Shown piece by piece: positions 9,961-22,030 of a DNA stretch of 26,070 bases. Made by a program: the position numbers and the translations under genes. Origin of the DNA: Octopus sinensis (taxonomy: Eukaryota); contig NW_021836012.1 in the NCBI RefSeq assembly GCF_006345805.1, forward strand, positions 1-26,070. The letters run 5' to 3'. How positions within the stretch are numbered: the first letter of the stretch is position 1; every line of letters begins with the position of its first letter. Below the pieces are notes generated by a model. That model made no database searches, was not told the DNA's origin, and was given only the letters and a program-made list of their open reading frames with translations.

Positions 9961-10037
<77 letters not shown>

Positions 10038-10075
10038 ATATATATATATATCTAATATATATATATATATATACA
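9860..10075. repeat. (TA)n microsatellite with TG interruptions
   Basis: Direct reading. Confidence 0.9.
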
Positions 10076-10319
10076 GGAAGAGAGAGAGACAAGATGTTAT
10101 CCAGACAGTGTTGTCAACAACAACTTATCAATTCCCCCCGGTTCTAAAAATCTGAATAGGTATTAATTAAATAAAGGATGAAAACTTCACATGAAATATA
10201 TTATTATCAAATGAAATTCATGAAAATATTTACAGCACATGTTATTGATAACATCCTGTTTAGCATGTTATAAACCAAAGAAAAAAAATCTTACATGCAA
10301 CCAACAAAGTTAGATCAAA

Positions 10320-10651
10320 GATATATCTTAGTGTTGGATCACTAACACATTTTAAATTATGAATATTAAATTGATTTATATAACATTAGGTATAGATTAG
10401 TAGTATATTATAAACACGTTTTGGAGGAATATAACATATAGTGTGCACGAAGAAAGGCTAGAGTTAACCCTAAACTTACTTCTGTGATATATCTTAGTGT
10501 TGGATCACTAACACATTTTAAAATATGAATATTAAATTAATTTATATAACATTAGGTATAGATTAGTAGAATATTATAAACAAGTTTTGGAGGAATATAA
10601 CATATAGTGTACACGAAGAGAGACTAGAGTTAACCCTAAACTTACTTCTGT
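10320..10651. repeat. Tandem duplication, 2 x 166 bp
   Basis: gatatatcttagtgttggatcactaacac...cctaaacttacttctgt at 10320-10485 and 10486-10651, with about 7 substitutions. Confidence 0.95.
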
Positions 10652-10724
10652 GTAATATCCGTATGCCCTCACTCACCGATGTTTTAAGTGATAAATGGTT
10701 TCTTGGTAACGAGTATTTTGCTTC

Positions 10725-11197
10725 AAAAAATGAGAAATTTTTTTGAAAATCGTATCCTTGTCTATGATGATAAATGCTGGTAAATGACCGAAAGAGTATG
10801 ATCATGAATACAAGAGGCCGAAATGGGGCTTCTCTGAATGATTTCTAGGGTAACGTTACTCCTTAAGATGCTTAGCTAGGTTTCCAGGGATTATCTCCAG
10901 ATTAAGCTTTTACTTCTCTGTATTGAGAGGTCACTGTTTTGGTACTACGGACTTGTGATTAGAACAGGAAAGAATCGCAAGAGGGATTCTTCGAGCGCAG
11001 CCAACCGGTAGGAGACCTAAGACAGACCGTGAGCGAAATGGTTGGATAATATCCAAAATCTCAGTTAGTCGCGTTGGGGAATCCAACCGGAAATTCTAAG
11101 GGTGACTACTTCTGATAGGACGCCATAAAGGAGATGCTTCAGGACTCTAACCCCCAAACCCTCCCATGAATAGTGGGCGGAGAAAATAGATGGATGG
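10725..11197 (+). mobile_element. Decayed 3' end of an RTE-clade LINE (Rex3/Expander-like)
   Basis: Reads ILVYDDKCW*MTERV*S*IQEAEMGLL*MISRVTLL...LLLLCIERSLFWYYGLVIR/ERIARGILRAQPTGRRPK/RP*AKWLDNI...DRTP*RRCFRTLTPKPS and ends aaaatagatggatgg ((GATG)n tail). Matches the recalled RTE/Expander C-terminus. Confidence 0.85.
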
Positions 11198-11344
11198 TAT
11201 CAATGTTCCTTGTTTTACCAAATATATTAGCGTTATGACTTTAGTGGAACATCTTCAATGAAGAAATTTAAGCCGATTGTCGTTTCCTTTTCCTTATAAT
11301 CACTTACATAGCGCGGGAAACTTTAAATACCCTTCGCTATAAAT

Positions 11345-11552
11345 GTAACATAAGCACAAATTTAATGAGAGAAGGTTAATCAGTTAATCGATTAATGGAT
11401 CCAGTAGTTGACTGGTACTGCATTTTACTGGTTAAAATAAAAAGAATAAAGATGGAGTTGACACCGGTAGAATTTGAATTCAGAATGCAAAGCGCTGGCG
11501 TAAATAAAGCCAAGTTAGTTTCGTCTGCTATTCTAACGATTTTGCCACTCCA
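11345..11552 (-). mobile_element. SINE S1, very diverged copy
   Basis: actggtactgcatttt...gagttgacaccggtagaatttgaattcagaa...ctaacgattttgccac resembles the S1 reverse complement. Confidence 0.6.
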
Positions 11553-12189
11553 CAACCCATGTTATTAATACTTCCTTTTAAATAAATAATCACATTTTGT
11601 TATTTGAATATGGTGTTTAATAACTTTTAACAAATGGAAACTGAAAACGGAAGAAAATAATCAGTCTCTGCATGTGATTCTCAATAAGTTTAGTCCTACA
11701 TTACATTCAATGTTATTTCTATTTTAATAATGATTCTTTATCAGCACCGGAACAAGAGTATGAGAGATTTTCAAATATTTTAGAGTAATTATTTTTGATA
11801 ATCGTTTGGTGTCGCTAGTTTAGAAGAGGAAATAAAGAAAAGAGATTTATAAACATTAATGGTATTCATACAAAAGAGAAAAATAAACATTCTCTACGCA
11901 AGGAATTATGTTGAAGAATTTAGTTAAATTCAATTCTATTAATGATTTTATGATAATGAATTGTTGCTTAAACTGTGTTGAATTTCTCCTGTGCATATAG
12001 GTATAGACATAAGGAAAACTCTGACCCTTGAGGGGCCTAGATTGCCCAATACATCCAAATATGCGATAGGCATTAAGACCCTATTCTTAAGAGTTGTCAT
12101 TAACATTAATGAAGTTTCCCTTCATTCTGGGCGTAATTACATTTCACTATATTTACCATATTCCTTAACTATTCTGTATATATAATACG

Positions 12190-13265
<1,076 letters not shown>

Positions 13266-13776
13266 CTACCACAAAAATGCACATATAGAAACGCATACAT
13301 CTGTTAGCTGTGTGAAAATGTGAATAGGTATTAACATATGCTTCACACATATTTCAGAAAATGCTTTAAGGTGTAGGAAACTCAGCTGGCAGTAATTTGA
13401 CATCTTTCCAAAGGTTACCTATCTGAATACAAATAAACGATGTGCTACTAATGTTACCGTATCGTTTCCCATTCAGTTGAATCCTCATTTTAACCGCTTT
13501 TCTTCTGTAAAACTTACCGAAGCACAATTTAAAATTTTGAAAGAGGATAACATAGAAATGCTAGACGTATAGAGTAGAAAGGTTGCTGCCGGCTAAATAG
13601 GCACCTATTTGTTCTTTGAAGGTTCTGAATAAAATTGCTTCAGTCACCTTCGTCTAACCTCACGTCTTAAAATTATATCGATCTATTTATCACGGTACAA
13701 CTATGAAATTATCATTTATGAATACCTGATGCCTACGATATGTTTCGTGTGTGTGTGTGTGGGTGTATGGGTGTGG

Positions 13777-13813
<37 letters not shown>

Positions 13814-13895
13814 GTGTGTGTGTTTATGTATCTATAGATATTGTATATACACATGCAGGTTCGTACTTGCATATATCTGTGTGTGCAAATTGTAC

Positions 13896-13953
<58 letters not shown>

Positions 13954-13966
13954 ATATGTACATATA

Positions 13967-14183
13967 CGATGGGGTGCTGAGAAATTCCTGGCTTTGAGTG
14001 AAAGAAAATACAGAAGGATCAGTTAATTATGATTTTATTCAACATATTCCTCTCTCAGATTCACACAATTATTGCAGCGGCCCTTCAGTTTTTCTCAATC
14101 CTGTAAAAGAACTCAGAAGTATGGGTCTCTAGTCAGGCCTTTCGCGACACCCCTAATCCCAGGAATTTTTCAGAACTCCCTTT
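13967..14183. mobile_element. Tc1/mariner-type MITE (~217 bp)
   Basis: Left ta|cgatggggtgctgagaaattcctgg and right ccaggaatttttcagaactccc form an imperfect inverted repeat. The right terminus is eroded. Confidence 0.7.
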
Positions 14184-14198
14184 TGTGTGCGTGTGTGC

Positions 14199-14238
<40 letters not shown>

Positions 14239-14300
14239 ACTATAGCCTCGGGTCAACCAAAGCCTTGAGAGTGAATTTAGTAGACGGAAACTGAAAGCCT
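14239..14300 (+). mobile_element. SINE S2 internal fragment
   Basis: actatagcctcgggtcaaccaaagccttgagagtgaatttagtagacggaaactgaaag matches the S2 central part. Confidence 0.75.
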
Positions 14301-14376
14301 CATGTATGCAAACTTGGTCAAGTGATACACTTCAATACTTTGTGGTTAAGAGATGTTGCCGGCAGGAGTGGCTAAA

Positions 14377-14761
14377 GGCTCAGGAGTGGCGTTTGGTAAG
14401 AAGCTTGCTTCTCAACCACATGGTTCTAGGTTCAGACCCACTGCGTGGCACCTTGGGTAAGTGTTTTCTACTATAGCCTGAGTGGATCAAGCAGACGGAA
14501 ACTGAAAGAATCCCGTCGTATATATGCATATATATACATATGTGTGTATATTTATGTGTTTGTTCCCCCCCCCACCGTCGCTTGAAAACCGATATACGTG
14601 TGTTTATGTCCCCATAACTAAGCGATTCAGCAAAAGAGACCGATAGAATAAGTACCAAGCTTACAAAGAATAAGTCCTGGGCTCGATTTCTTCGACTAAA
14701 AGGCGGTGCTCCAGCATGACCGTAGTCAAATGACTGAAATAGGTAAAAGAGAAAAAGAGTA
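14377..14761 (+). mobile_element. SINE S2, diverged near-full-length copy with ~30-bp internal deletion
   Basis: ggctcaggagtggcgtttggtaagaagcttgc...caccttgggtaagtg...ggcggtgctccagcatgaccgtagtcaaatgactgaaataggtaaaagag. A short head-like duplicate ggcaggagtggct lies at 14361-14373. Confidence 0.88.
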
Positions 14762-14789
14762 AGGGATATGATGCGACATTCAAAGGCAT

Positions 14790-14945
14790 CGATTTTAAGC
14801 CCCTGCCGCCCTGTTTTCGTTTCAGGTAGATGTGGTCTACGTCACTGTTTATGTGGAAATTATGTGTGGCTGTTAGTATTTTTCGGGTTTTCACATCAAT
14901 GGCTTAGACCTCATCAAGCGTCCAATCAAGCAGCCCAAATGTTGG
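14790..14945 (-). pseudogene. Dong/R4 reverse transcriptase C-terminal (thumb-region) fragment
   Basis: TFGLLDWTLDEV*AIDVKTRKILTATHNFHINSDVDHIYLKRKQGGRGL matches the recalled R4/Dong motif FG..W...L..lD.KTRK.lt....H...DVD.LYL.R..GGRGL. Confidence 0.8.
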
Positions 14946-15225
14946 TATGTATGTACGTACGTACGTACGTACGTACGTACGTACGTATGTAGTACGTACG
15001 TTACGTACGTACGTATGTACGTACGTACGTACGTATGTATGTATGTATGTATGTATGTATGTATGTATATGTGTATGTATGCATGTACGTACGTATGTAT
15101 GTATGTATGTATGTATGTATGTATGTATGTATGTATGTATGTATGTATGTATGTATGTATGCATGTATGTACGTACGTACGTACGTATGTATGTATGTAT
15201 GTATGCATGTATGTACGTACGTACG

Positions 15226-15259
<34 letters not shown>

Positions 15260-15708
15260 TGTATGTATGTATGTATAATGTATGTATGTATGTATGTATG
15301 TATGTATGTATGCATGTATGTACGTACGTACGTACGTATGTATGTATGCATGTATGTATGTATGCATGTATGTACGTACGTACGTACGTATGTATGTATG
15401 TATGCATGTAAGTACGTATGTATGTATGTATGTATGTATGTATGTATGTATGTATGTATTATGCATGTACGTACGTACGTATGTATGTATGTATGTATGT
15501 ATGCATGCATGTATGTACGTACGTACGTATGTATGTATGTATGTATGTATGCATGTACGCACGTACGTACGTAATGTATGTATGTATGTATGTATGTATG
15601 TATGTATGCATGCATGTACGTACGTACGTACGTATGTATGTATGTACGTATGTATGTATGTATGTATGTATGCATGTATGTACGTGCGTACGTACGTATG
15701 TATGTATG
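14945..15708. repeat. ~760-bp compound tetranucleotide array (TATG)n/(TACG)n/TGCA
   Basis: Direct reading. It generates the YVCM/HTYI pseudo-ORFs. Confidence 0.97.
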
Positions 15709-15868
15709 TGTGGGTACATATACATATGTGTGTCTGCTTCTTTGAATGTGTGGTGCGTGACAGACAATTATCGGCAATTAGTGCGGTTGTGTATTTGTAT
15801 AGTGACGGCCTTGTATAACACGCACTCAGACACGAGCACAAAACTATACGTGTATGTGCGTGTGTATA

Positions 15869-15909
<41 letters not shown>

Positions 15910-16244
15910 TATATATAATTATACATATGTTCGCGTGTGTGTGCATGACTACTACGCAAATTTAATGTATTAAAAACAATAAAATATCTTTGATTGCCCC
16001 TGTCCTAAACACCTTCAAAATCAAGTCTATTAATGATATTTAAATGCTTTTCGCTTAAAAGTATGCCAGATATAATATCTTCTCACACACATTTAAAATG
16101 GCGATATAATACATTCGCCATTCACATCAAAGTTTTGCTATTTTCTTTTTTTCATTTTTCAATTTTTCCTTCATTCCTTCCTTTTCCCTTCTTTTCCATT
16201 CTCTCGCTATCTTTCTCTCTTTCTGGCTGTTTCCCCTTTTTCTG

Positions 16245-16413
16245 TCTCCTCTCTCTCTCTCTCTCTCTCTCTCGCTTAGGCTCTCTATCTCTCTCTTTCT
16301 CTTTCTCTTCCCCCTGTCTCTTATCTCTGTTTCTACCTCTGTGTCTCTCCCGCTTTATGTCCCTCTGTCTCTCTCTTTTTCTCCCTCTGTGTCGCTCCTT
16401 CTCTCTCTCCCTC

Positions 16414-16446
<33 letters not shown>

Positions 16447-16490
16447 GGCTCTTTTTCCACACATCCCCATCTTTTCCTCTCTGCCTCTGT
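16245..16490. repeat. (CT)n polypyrimidine tract, followed by a mixed TA/CA/TG tract to ~16860
   Basis: Direct reading. Confidence 0.9.
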
Positions 16491-17287
16491 AACAGTATAT
16501 GCACTCATATATATTATGTGTATGTATGTGTGTCTGTGGGTGTGAGTATATATGTGCGTGTGTGTGTGTGAGTGTGTATATATCATCTACGTATATGAAT
16601 ATGTAAATATAAGTATACATACATACACATATACATATATACATACATATCAACATACACATATATACGCATATATTATTTATGTGTACATATACAGACA
16701 TAAATGCATACACATATATATATACACATACATATATATACATGTATATACATAAGTGTGTATATATATATATATATACATACATATATATATATACACA
16801 CATACGTACATATATTCATACATATACATAAACCTATATGTCTGTATGTATATGTAATTGCGTTTTTGCGTGTGGCTTTTTACTAGCTATGTGTGTGCGC
16901 GTCTGTGTGTAGTGTGTAAGTGTGTGTGTATGTAAGTGTGTAAGTGGGGTTTTAATTTTATTGTGCGTGTGTTTATTAATTTGCGTAAACTTAGAATAGA
17001 TACAGATTTTGATTTAGTGGTTGGTAAAATTGTTCTGGAATTAAAGACACTTAGTTTCTTTGTAAACACTTGTTATTTGCTTAATAACCGTGGCTGTCAT
17101 GCGAAACGGACCGGAAAAGGTGTTTATTAAAAGTTTTAATGGAAGGAAAGAATTTCGTTGAATCGCTGATATAACTGAATCGAAGAGTTTATCTGAAAGT
17201 TCTTTCGGTTGACCTGCAAGATCCTCTGGCAGAGAAAGAGATTCAAAAAACGCCGCGAATTTGGAAATAGAGGCGCAAAAAGTTTGT

Positions 17288-17500
17288 CTTTTTTATCTTT
17301 TGTTATAGTCATTTAGTCTACGGCCATGCTGGGGCACCACCTTGAAGAATTTTAGTCAAAAAAATCGAGCAAATCAGGTACTAGTACTATCACGCCTTTA
17401 TTACCGAATCACTAAGTCGCAGGGACGTAAACAAACCAACACTGGTTATCAAGAAGTGGTGGGTAACAGACACAGCACAAGCATGTGCATATACAAATAT
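17288..17500 (-). mobile_element. SINE S2, diverged 3' half
   Basis: agtcatttagtctacggccatgctggggcaccacc...ccgaatcactaagtcgcagggacgtaaac matches the S2 3' region. Confidence 0.75.
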
Positions 17501-17565
17501 GTGTGTGTGTATGTAAATGTATATATATGTATGTATATATGCGTATATGTGAGCGTGTGTGGGGA

Positions 17566-17628
17566 CGGAGTGGCTGCATGGTAAGCACCTTGGGCGAGTC
17601 TTCTACTATAGCTTCGGGCTGACCAAAG
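17566..17628 (+). mobile_element. SINE S2, 5' head fragment with internal deletion
   Basis: ggagtggctgcatggtaag/caccttgggcgagtcttctactatagcttcgggctgaccaaag. Confidence 0.7.
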
Positions 17629-17803
17629 ACTCTCCCAAGAGAGTCCAACATATGCATAGCTCCAATATCGAACCCCATACTTTAGTCCACAACAGAAACC
17701 CTACCAATCCCACTAACACTAACCAGAATACTACGATCCCAACTTCCACCACTTTTACAGACAGAAGAAATAACAACAACGATAGAAAAAGTAATGATAA
17801 TAG

Positions 17804-18191
17804 TGGAAGCACTCTGTTGGTTACGACGATGAGGGTTCCGGTTGATCCGAATCAACGGAACAGCCTGCTCGTGAAATTAACGTGTAAGAGGCTGAGCACT
17901 CCACAGACACGTGCACTCTTAACGTATTCCTCGGGGATATTCAGCGTGACACAGAGAGTGACAAGCCGGCCCCTTGAAATACAGGTACAACAACAGAAAC
18001 AGGAAGTAAGAGTGAGAGAAAGTTGTGGTGAAAGAGTACAGCAGGGATCACCACCATCCCCTGCCGGAGCCTCGTGGAGCTTTTAGGTGTTTTCGCTCAA
18101 TAAACACTCACAACGCCCGGTCTGGGAATCGAAACCTCGATCCTATGACCGCGAGTCCGCTGCCCTAACCACTGGGCTATTGTGCCTCCAC
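17804..18191 (-). mobile_element. SINE family S3 (tRNA-derived), full length, 12-13-bp TSD
   Basis: Sense head GTGGAGGCACAATAGCCCAGTGGTTAGGGCAG with B-box GGTTTCGATTCC. TSD taatgataatag(t) at 17792-17804 and 18192-18204. Confidence 0.95.
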
Positions 18192-18449
18192 TAATGATAA
18201 TAGTATTAATAATCTTAATAGCATAAACCAATCTATCCTCATCTCTAACCTCCCTTCAGGCAGTTTACTTCCTCCGTTCCTGAAAATAACCCCCACAATA
18301 CTCTACCATGTAACTGCCGCCCTGGGACAATCTGCCCTCTACAAACCCGTTGCAGAAGGTCTAACGTAATTTATTAATGCACTGTCCGCATATATACACA
18401 TATATAAAATCCATGTTATTTATAAATACTTTATGGGAAGTCTGTACCT

Positions 18450-18676
18450 TTTTTCTTTATTGTCCACAAGGGGCTAAACATAGAAGGGACAAACAAGGAC
18501 AAAGGGATTAAGTCGATTACATCGACCCCAGTGCATAACTAGTACTTAATTTATCGACCCCGAAAGGATGAAAGGTAAAGTCGACCTCGGCGGAATTTGA
18601 ACTCAGAACGTAGCGTTAGACGGAATATCGATAAGCATTTTGCCCGGCGTGCTAACGTTTCTGCCAGCTCGCCGCC
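18450..18676 (-). mobile_element. SINE S1, full unit with tail type A
   Basis: Reverse complement of the 1310-1540 unit (tttctttattgtccacaaggggctaaac...ttctgccagctcgccgcc). Confidence 0.92.
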
Positions 18677-18826
18677 TGTACCTTATTTCCCCTTGACATG
18701 CCCACATTATTGTACTCTGCTGTATTTCATTTGTATTCTTGTCTTTGCTCTCATTCTTATTCTTATTCTACTCTATTTAAAAGGATAAGCACAGCTTATC
18801 TATTCTTAACTGATTTTTATGTGTTT

Positions 18827-19205
18827 AGCACTCCACAGACACGCGTTCCCTTAACGTAATTTTCATGGAGATTTAGCGTGACACAGAATGTAAGAAGGTC
18901 AAGCCCTTTTGAAAATAAAGGTTCAACTCGTTTTTGCCATCTCATTGGACGGGAGCAAAAAATGAAGTAAAGTATCTTACACTTTTACTCTTTTACTTGT
19001 TTCAGTCATTTGACTGCGGCCATGCTGGAGCACCGACTTTTAGTCGAGCAAATCGACCCCGGGACTTATTCTTTGTAAGCCCAGTACTTATTCTATCGGT
19101 CTCTTTTGCCGAACCGCTAAGTGACAGGGACGTAAAGACACCAGCATCGGTTGTCAAGCAATACTAGGGAGACAAACACAGACACACAAACACACAGAGG
19201 CAGTG

Positions 19206-19254
<49 letters not shown>

Positions 19255-19480
19255 ATATATATTCATATATACGACGGGCTTCTTTCATTTCCGTCTACCA
19301 AATCCACTCACAAGGCATTGGTCGGCCCGAGGCTATAGCAGAAGACACTTGCCCAAGATGCCACGCAGTGGGACTGAACCCAGAACCATGTGGTTGGTTA
19401 TACAAGCTACTTACCACACAGCCACTCCTGCTCAAGGACGCAACATGCTGCCGGCAATCAAACTCATGACCTTACGTTCG
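18827..19480 (-). mobile_element. SINE family S4 (S3-like 3' part, CORE/V-like centre), diverged, split by an S2 insertion
   Basis: 18827-18921 matches the S3 3' region. The sequence continues ...gaagtaaagtatctt | (S2) | gctcaaggacgcaac...ggcaatcaaactcatgacc. Rejoined on the sense strand it gives B-box-like GAGTTTGATTGCC and TCCTTGAGCAAGATACTTT. Confidence 0.7.
18976..19431 (-). mobile_element. SINE S2, near full length, with expanded internal (TA)n
   Basis: Near-identical to 2284-2705. Internal TA tract at about 19205-19272. Confidence 0.92.
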
Positions 19481-20164
19481 AAATTCGTATCGATCAATCA
19501 ACGTGGGAAATATTTAAACAGAAAAATACTGTAAACCAAAAAAACAAAAAAAAAGAGGAGGAAAATGTGTAAATTGTAATTATTTCATAACTTAACAGTT
19601 CACATAAAATAAAAGCGCGAAATCAGAGAATAACAGAAGCACCAGTTTATAGCAGTCATTTCTGTTATTTATATACTTTCAACGTGTTTTCTCTTATAAA
19701 AGTAAGCAAATAACGAAGAATTAAATATATTTTGATCTTTTACTTTTTGGCTAAACGCCAGACATTTTAAGAAACAGTTTTACATTATAACAAAATCGAT
19801 AAACATTTTTTTTTTTTTTTTTATATTTTTTTTTTTTCAGATAGATTATAAAAGATATTGTCATATAGAATTTTTAGTTTATTAAAATTTATTGTCATGT
19901 GTGAGTTAGATTTACCATTGTTTTGAATTTTTTGGTAAATATGTCAGCTTTTGCTTTTTGTTTGTTTGTTTGTTTGTTTGATTGTTTGTTTCTTGTAATA
20001 TTTCATTCGATTAAGATTTAACTTAATTGTTTCCACTTTCGTTTTCTGTCGATAATATCAAGGGAAGTGACGTTAAAGAAAACTAACATGACATTGGCAC
20101 CTCCCAGTTCGTCAAATGAAGATTATGAGGATGACGGGGGGAAAAGTGGCAGAAATAACAGGAA

Positions 20165-20364
20165 ATAATCTTTTCTACAATAGCCACGAGGGAACTAGTC
20201 GATTGCATCGACCCCCACTATTTAGCTGGTACTTTATTTTATCGACCCCGAAAGAGAGAAAGGCAAAGTCGACCTCGGCGGAGTTTGTACTTTGATCCTA
20301 AGGACGGACGAAATGCCGCTAAGCATTTTGCCTGGCGTGCTAACGATTCTGCCATCTCGCCGCC
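20165..20364 (-). mobile_element. SINE S1 with shortened type B tail
   Basis: ataatcttttctac...atcgaccccgaaagagagaaaggcaaagtcgacctcggcgg...gattctgccatctcgccgcc. Confidence 0.85.
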
Positions 20365-20715
20365 TTAATAACAGTTAATAATGAAGTCGATGAAGCTAAA
20401 GAGGGACGCTGAAACGCAATCATAATGGTAGACCCATATATTTGGAGACCCGGCGGAACGAAACACTCGAAGCAGTCAACTGGTTAATAAGAGTAGAAGC
20501 ACTGTGGTGTGGCCATAGTGTGTACAACCCGGGTGGCCTCTGGGTTTGCTGACCTACACAGGGTCGCTAAGGCTTATACAGGCTTATATAGAAGATCAAA
20601 AAGTTATACCCTCCTCCATAAAAGTGTTACCTAAATAGGACCCCCTCACCAGCTACCTAGCTACGTTACTACAGCAGCAATACAAGCAGCAATGCCAGAA
20701 GCAACAACAGCAACA

Positions 20716-20899
20716 GTGGGGGCACAATGGCCCAGTGGTTAGGGAAGCGGTCTCACGGTCGTAAGAACGCGTTTTCGATTCTCGGTCCGGGTATTGTGAG
20801 TGTTTATTGAGGAAAAACACCTAAGCTTCACGAAGCTCTGGCCGTGTGGGGAACCCCGCTGTACTCTTTCATCACAACTTTCTCTCACTCTTTCTTCCT
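20716..20899 (+). mobile_element. SINE S3, diverged 5' half
   Basis: gtgggggcacaatggcccagtggttaggg...gtactctttcatcacaactttctctcactctt. Confidence 0.85.
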
Positions 20900-21229
20900 A
20901 CATCTGCTACAAAGCAGAGGAACCATGGTATAACCCACTATGGTGTGGTAAACTTTCAGACCCTAATCTAGATTGCGAATCCTCTGTACCCCAGGATGGT
21001 TCAGCTCTCCACCCATTAAAAGCCACCGTTTACGGAATGAGGATAACAACGTAGCTTTAACGCCTGTGCAACCACCAGTCTATCGCGTGTGGTGGGTGGA
21101 TCTTCAAGTTGCCGCACGTATTCTTGGTAGCTTAGAGTAAGCTCGAATTAGAGCTTATTCTTTGTGGCTAATGGCGTGAGTCCTAATTGGAAGAAGAAGA
21201 AGAAGAAGAAGAAGAAGAAGAAGAAGAAG
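20900..21229 (+). other. Unassigned GC-richer segment ending in (AAG)13; possible retroelement 3' end
   Basis: Ends abruptly ...ggcgtgagtcctaattgg(aag)13 at 21191-21229. No recognisable protein motif. Confidence 0.3.
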
Positions 21230-21298
21230 ACAACAGCAACAGCAGCATTAATAGCAGCAGCAGCAACAGCCGTTCAAGAATTATTGTTTTTTTTTTTT

Positions 21299-21528
21299 AT
21301 TTCTTTATTGCCCACAAGGGGCTAAACATACAGGGGACAAACAAAAACAGACAAAGGGATTAAGTCGATTACATCGACCCCAGTGCGTAACTGGTACTTA
21401 ATTTATCGACCCCGAAAGGATGAAAGGTAAAGTCGACCTCGGTGGAATTTGAACTCGGAACGTAATGACAGGCGAAATACTGCTACGCATTTCGCCCGGC
21501 GTGCTAACGTTTCTGCCAGTTCGCTGGC
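21299..21528 (-). mobile_element. SINE S1, full unit with tail type A
   Basis: atttctttattgcccacaaggggctaaac...gtgctaacgtttctgccagttcgc. Confidence 0.9.
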
Positions 21529-21652
21529 TTTATTGTTTATTTATTTAGTTACTGTTGTTGTTGTTGTTGTCGTCGTAGAAAGTAGTAGCTGTTCTTTTTT
21601 GTTGTAATACCAACTGTTGTTGTTGCTGCTGTTGTTGTTGTTGTTGTTACTG

Positions 21653-22030
21653 GATGGAAGCACTCTGTCGGTTACGACGACGAGGGTTCCGGTTGATCCG
21701 AATCAACGGAACAGCCTGCTCGTGAAATTAACGTGTAAGTGGCTGAGCACTCCACAGACACGTGCACCCTTAACGTAGTTCTCGGGGATATTCAGCGTGA
21801 CACAGAGAGTGACAAGGCCGGCCCTTTGAAATACAGGTACAACAGAAACAGGAAGTAAGAGTGAGAGAAAGTTGTGGTGAAAGAGTACAGCAGGGATCAC
21901 CACCATCCCCTGCCGGAGCCTCGTGGAGATTTTTTAGGTGTTTTTCGCTCAATAAACACTCACAACGCCCGGTCTGGGATCGAAACCGCGATCCTATGAC
22001 CGTGAGTCTGCTGCCCTAACCACTGGGCCA
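21653..22030 (-). mobile_element. SINE S3, ~10 nt 5'-truncated, 12-bp TSD, inside a (GTT/GCT)n tract
   Basis: TSD ttgttgttactg at 21641-21652 and 22031-22042. About 98% identical to 24558-24949. Confidence 0.95.

Noticed and set aside
11991-12185. Short non-repetitive ORFs (also 4464-4697, 5859-6131, 8173-8385, 20800-21054)
   Set aside because: No recognisable domains and no convincing splice signals. Lengths are compatible with chance. A small host exon cannot be excluded without RNA data.
20386-20435. Hammerhead-like GATGA-AGC...GCT-GAAAC
   Set aside because: C3-U4 is absent, stem III and a GUH triplet do not form properly, and there is no convincing stem I.
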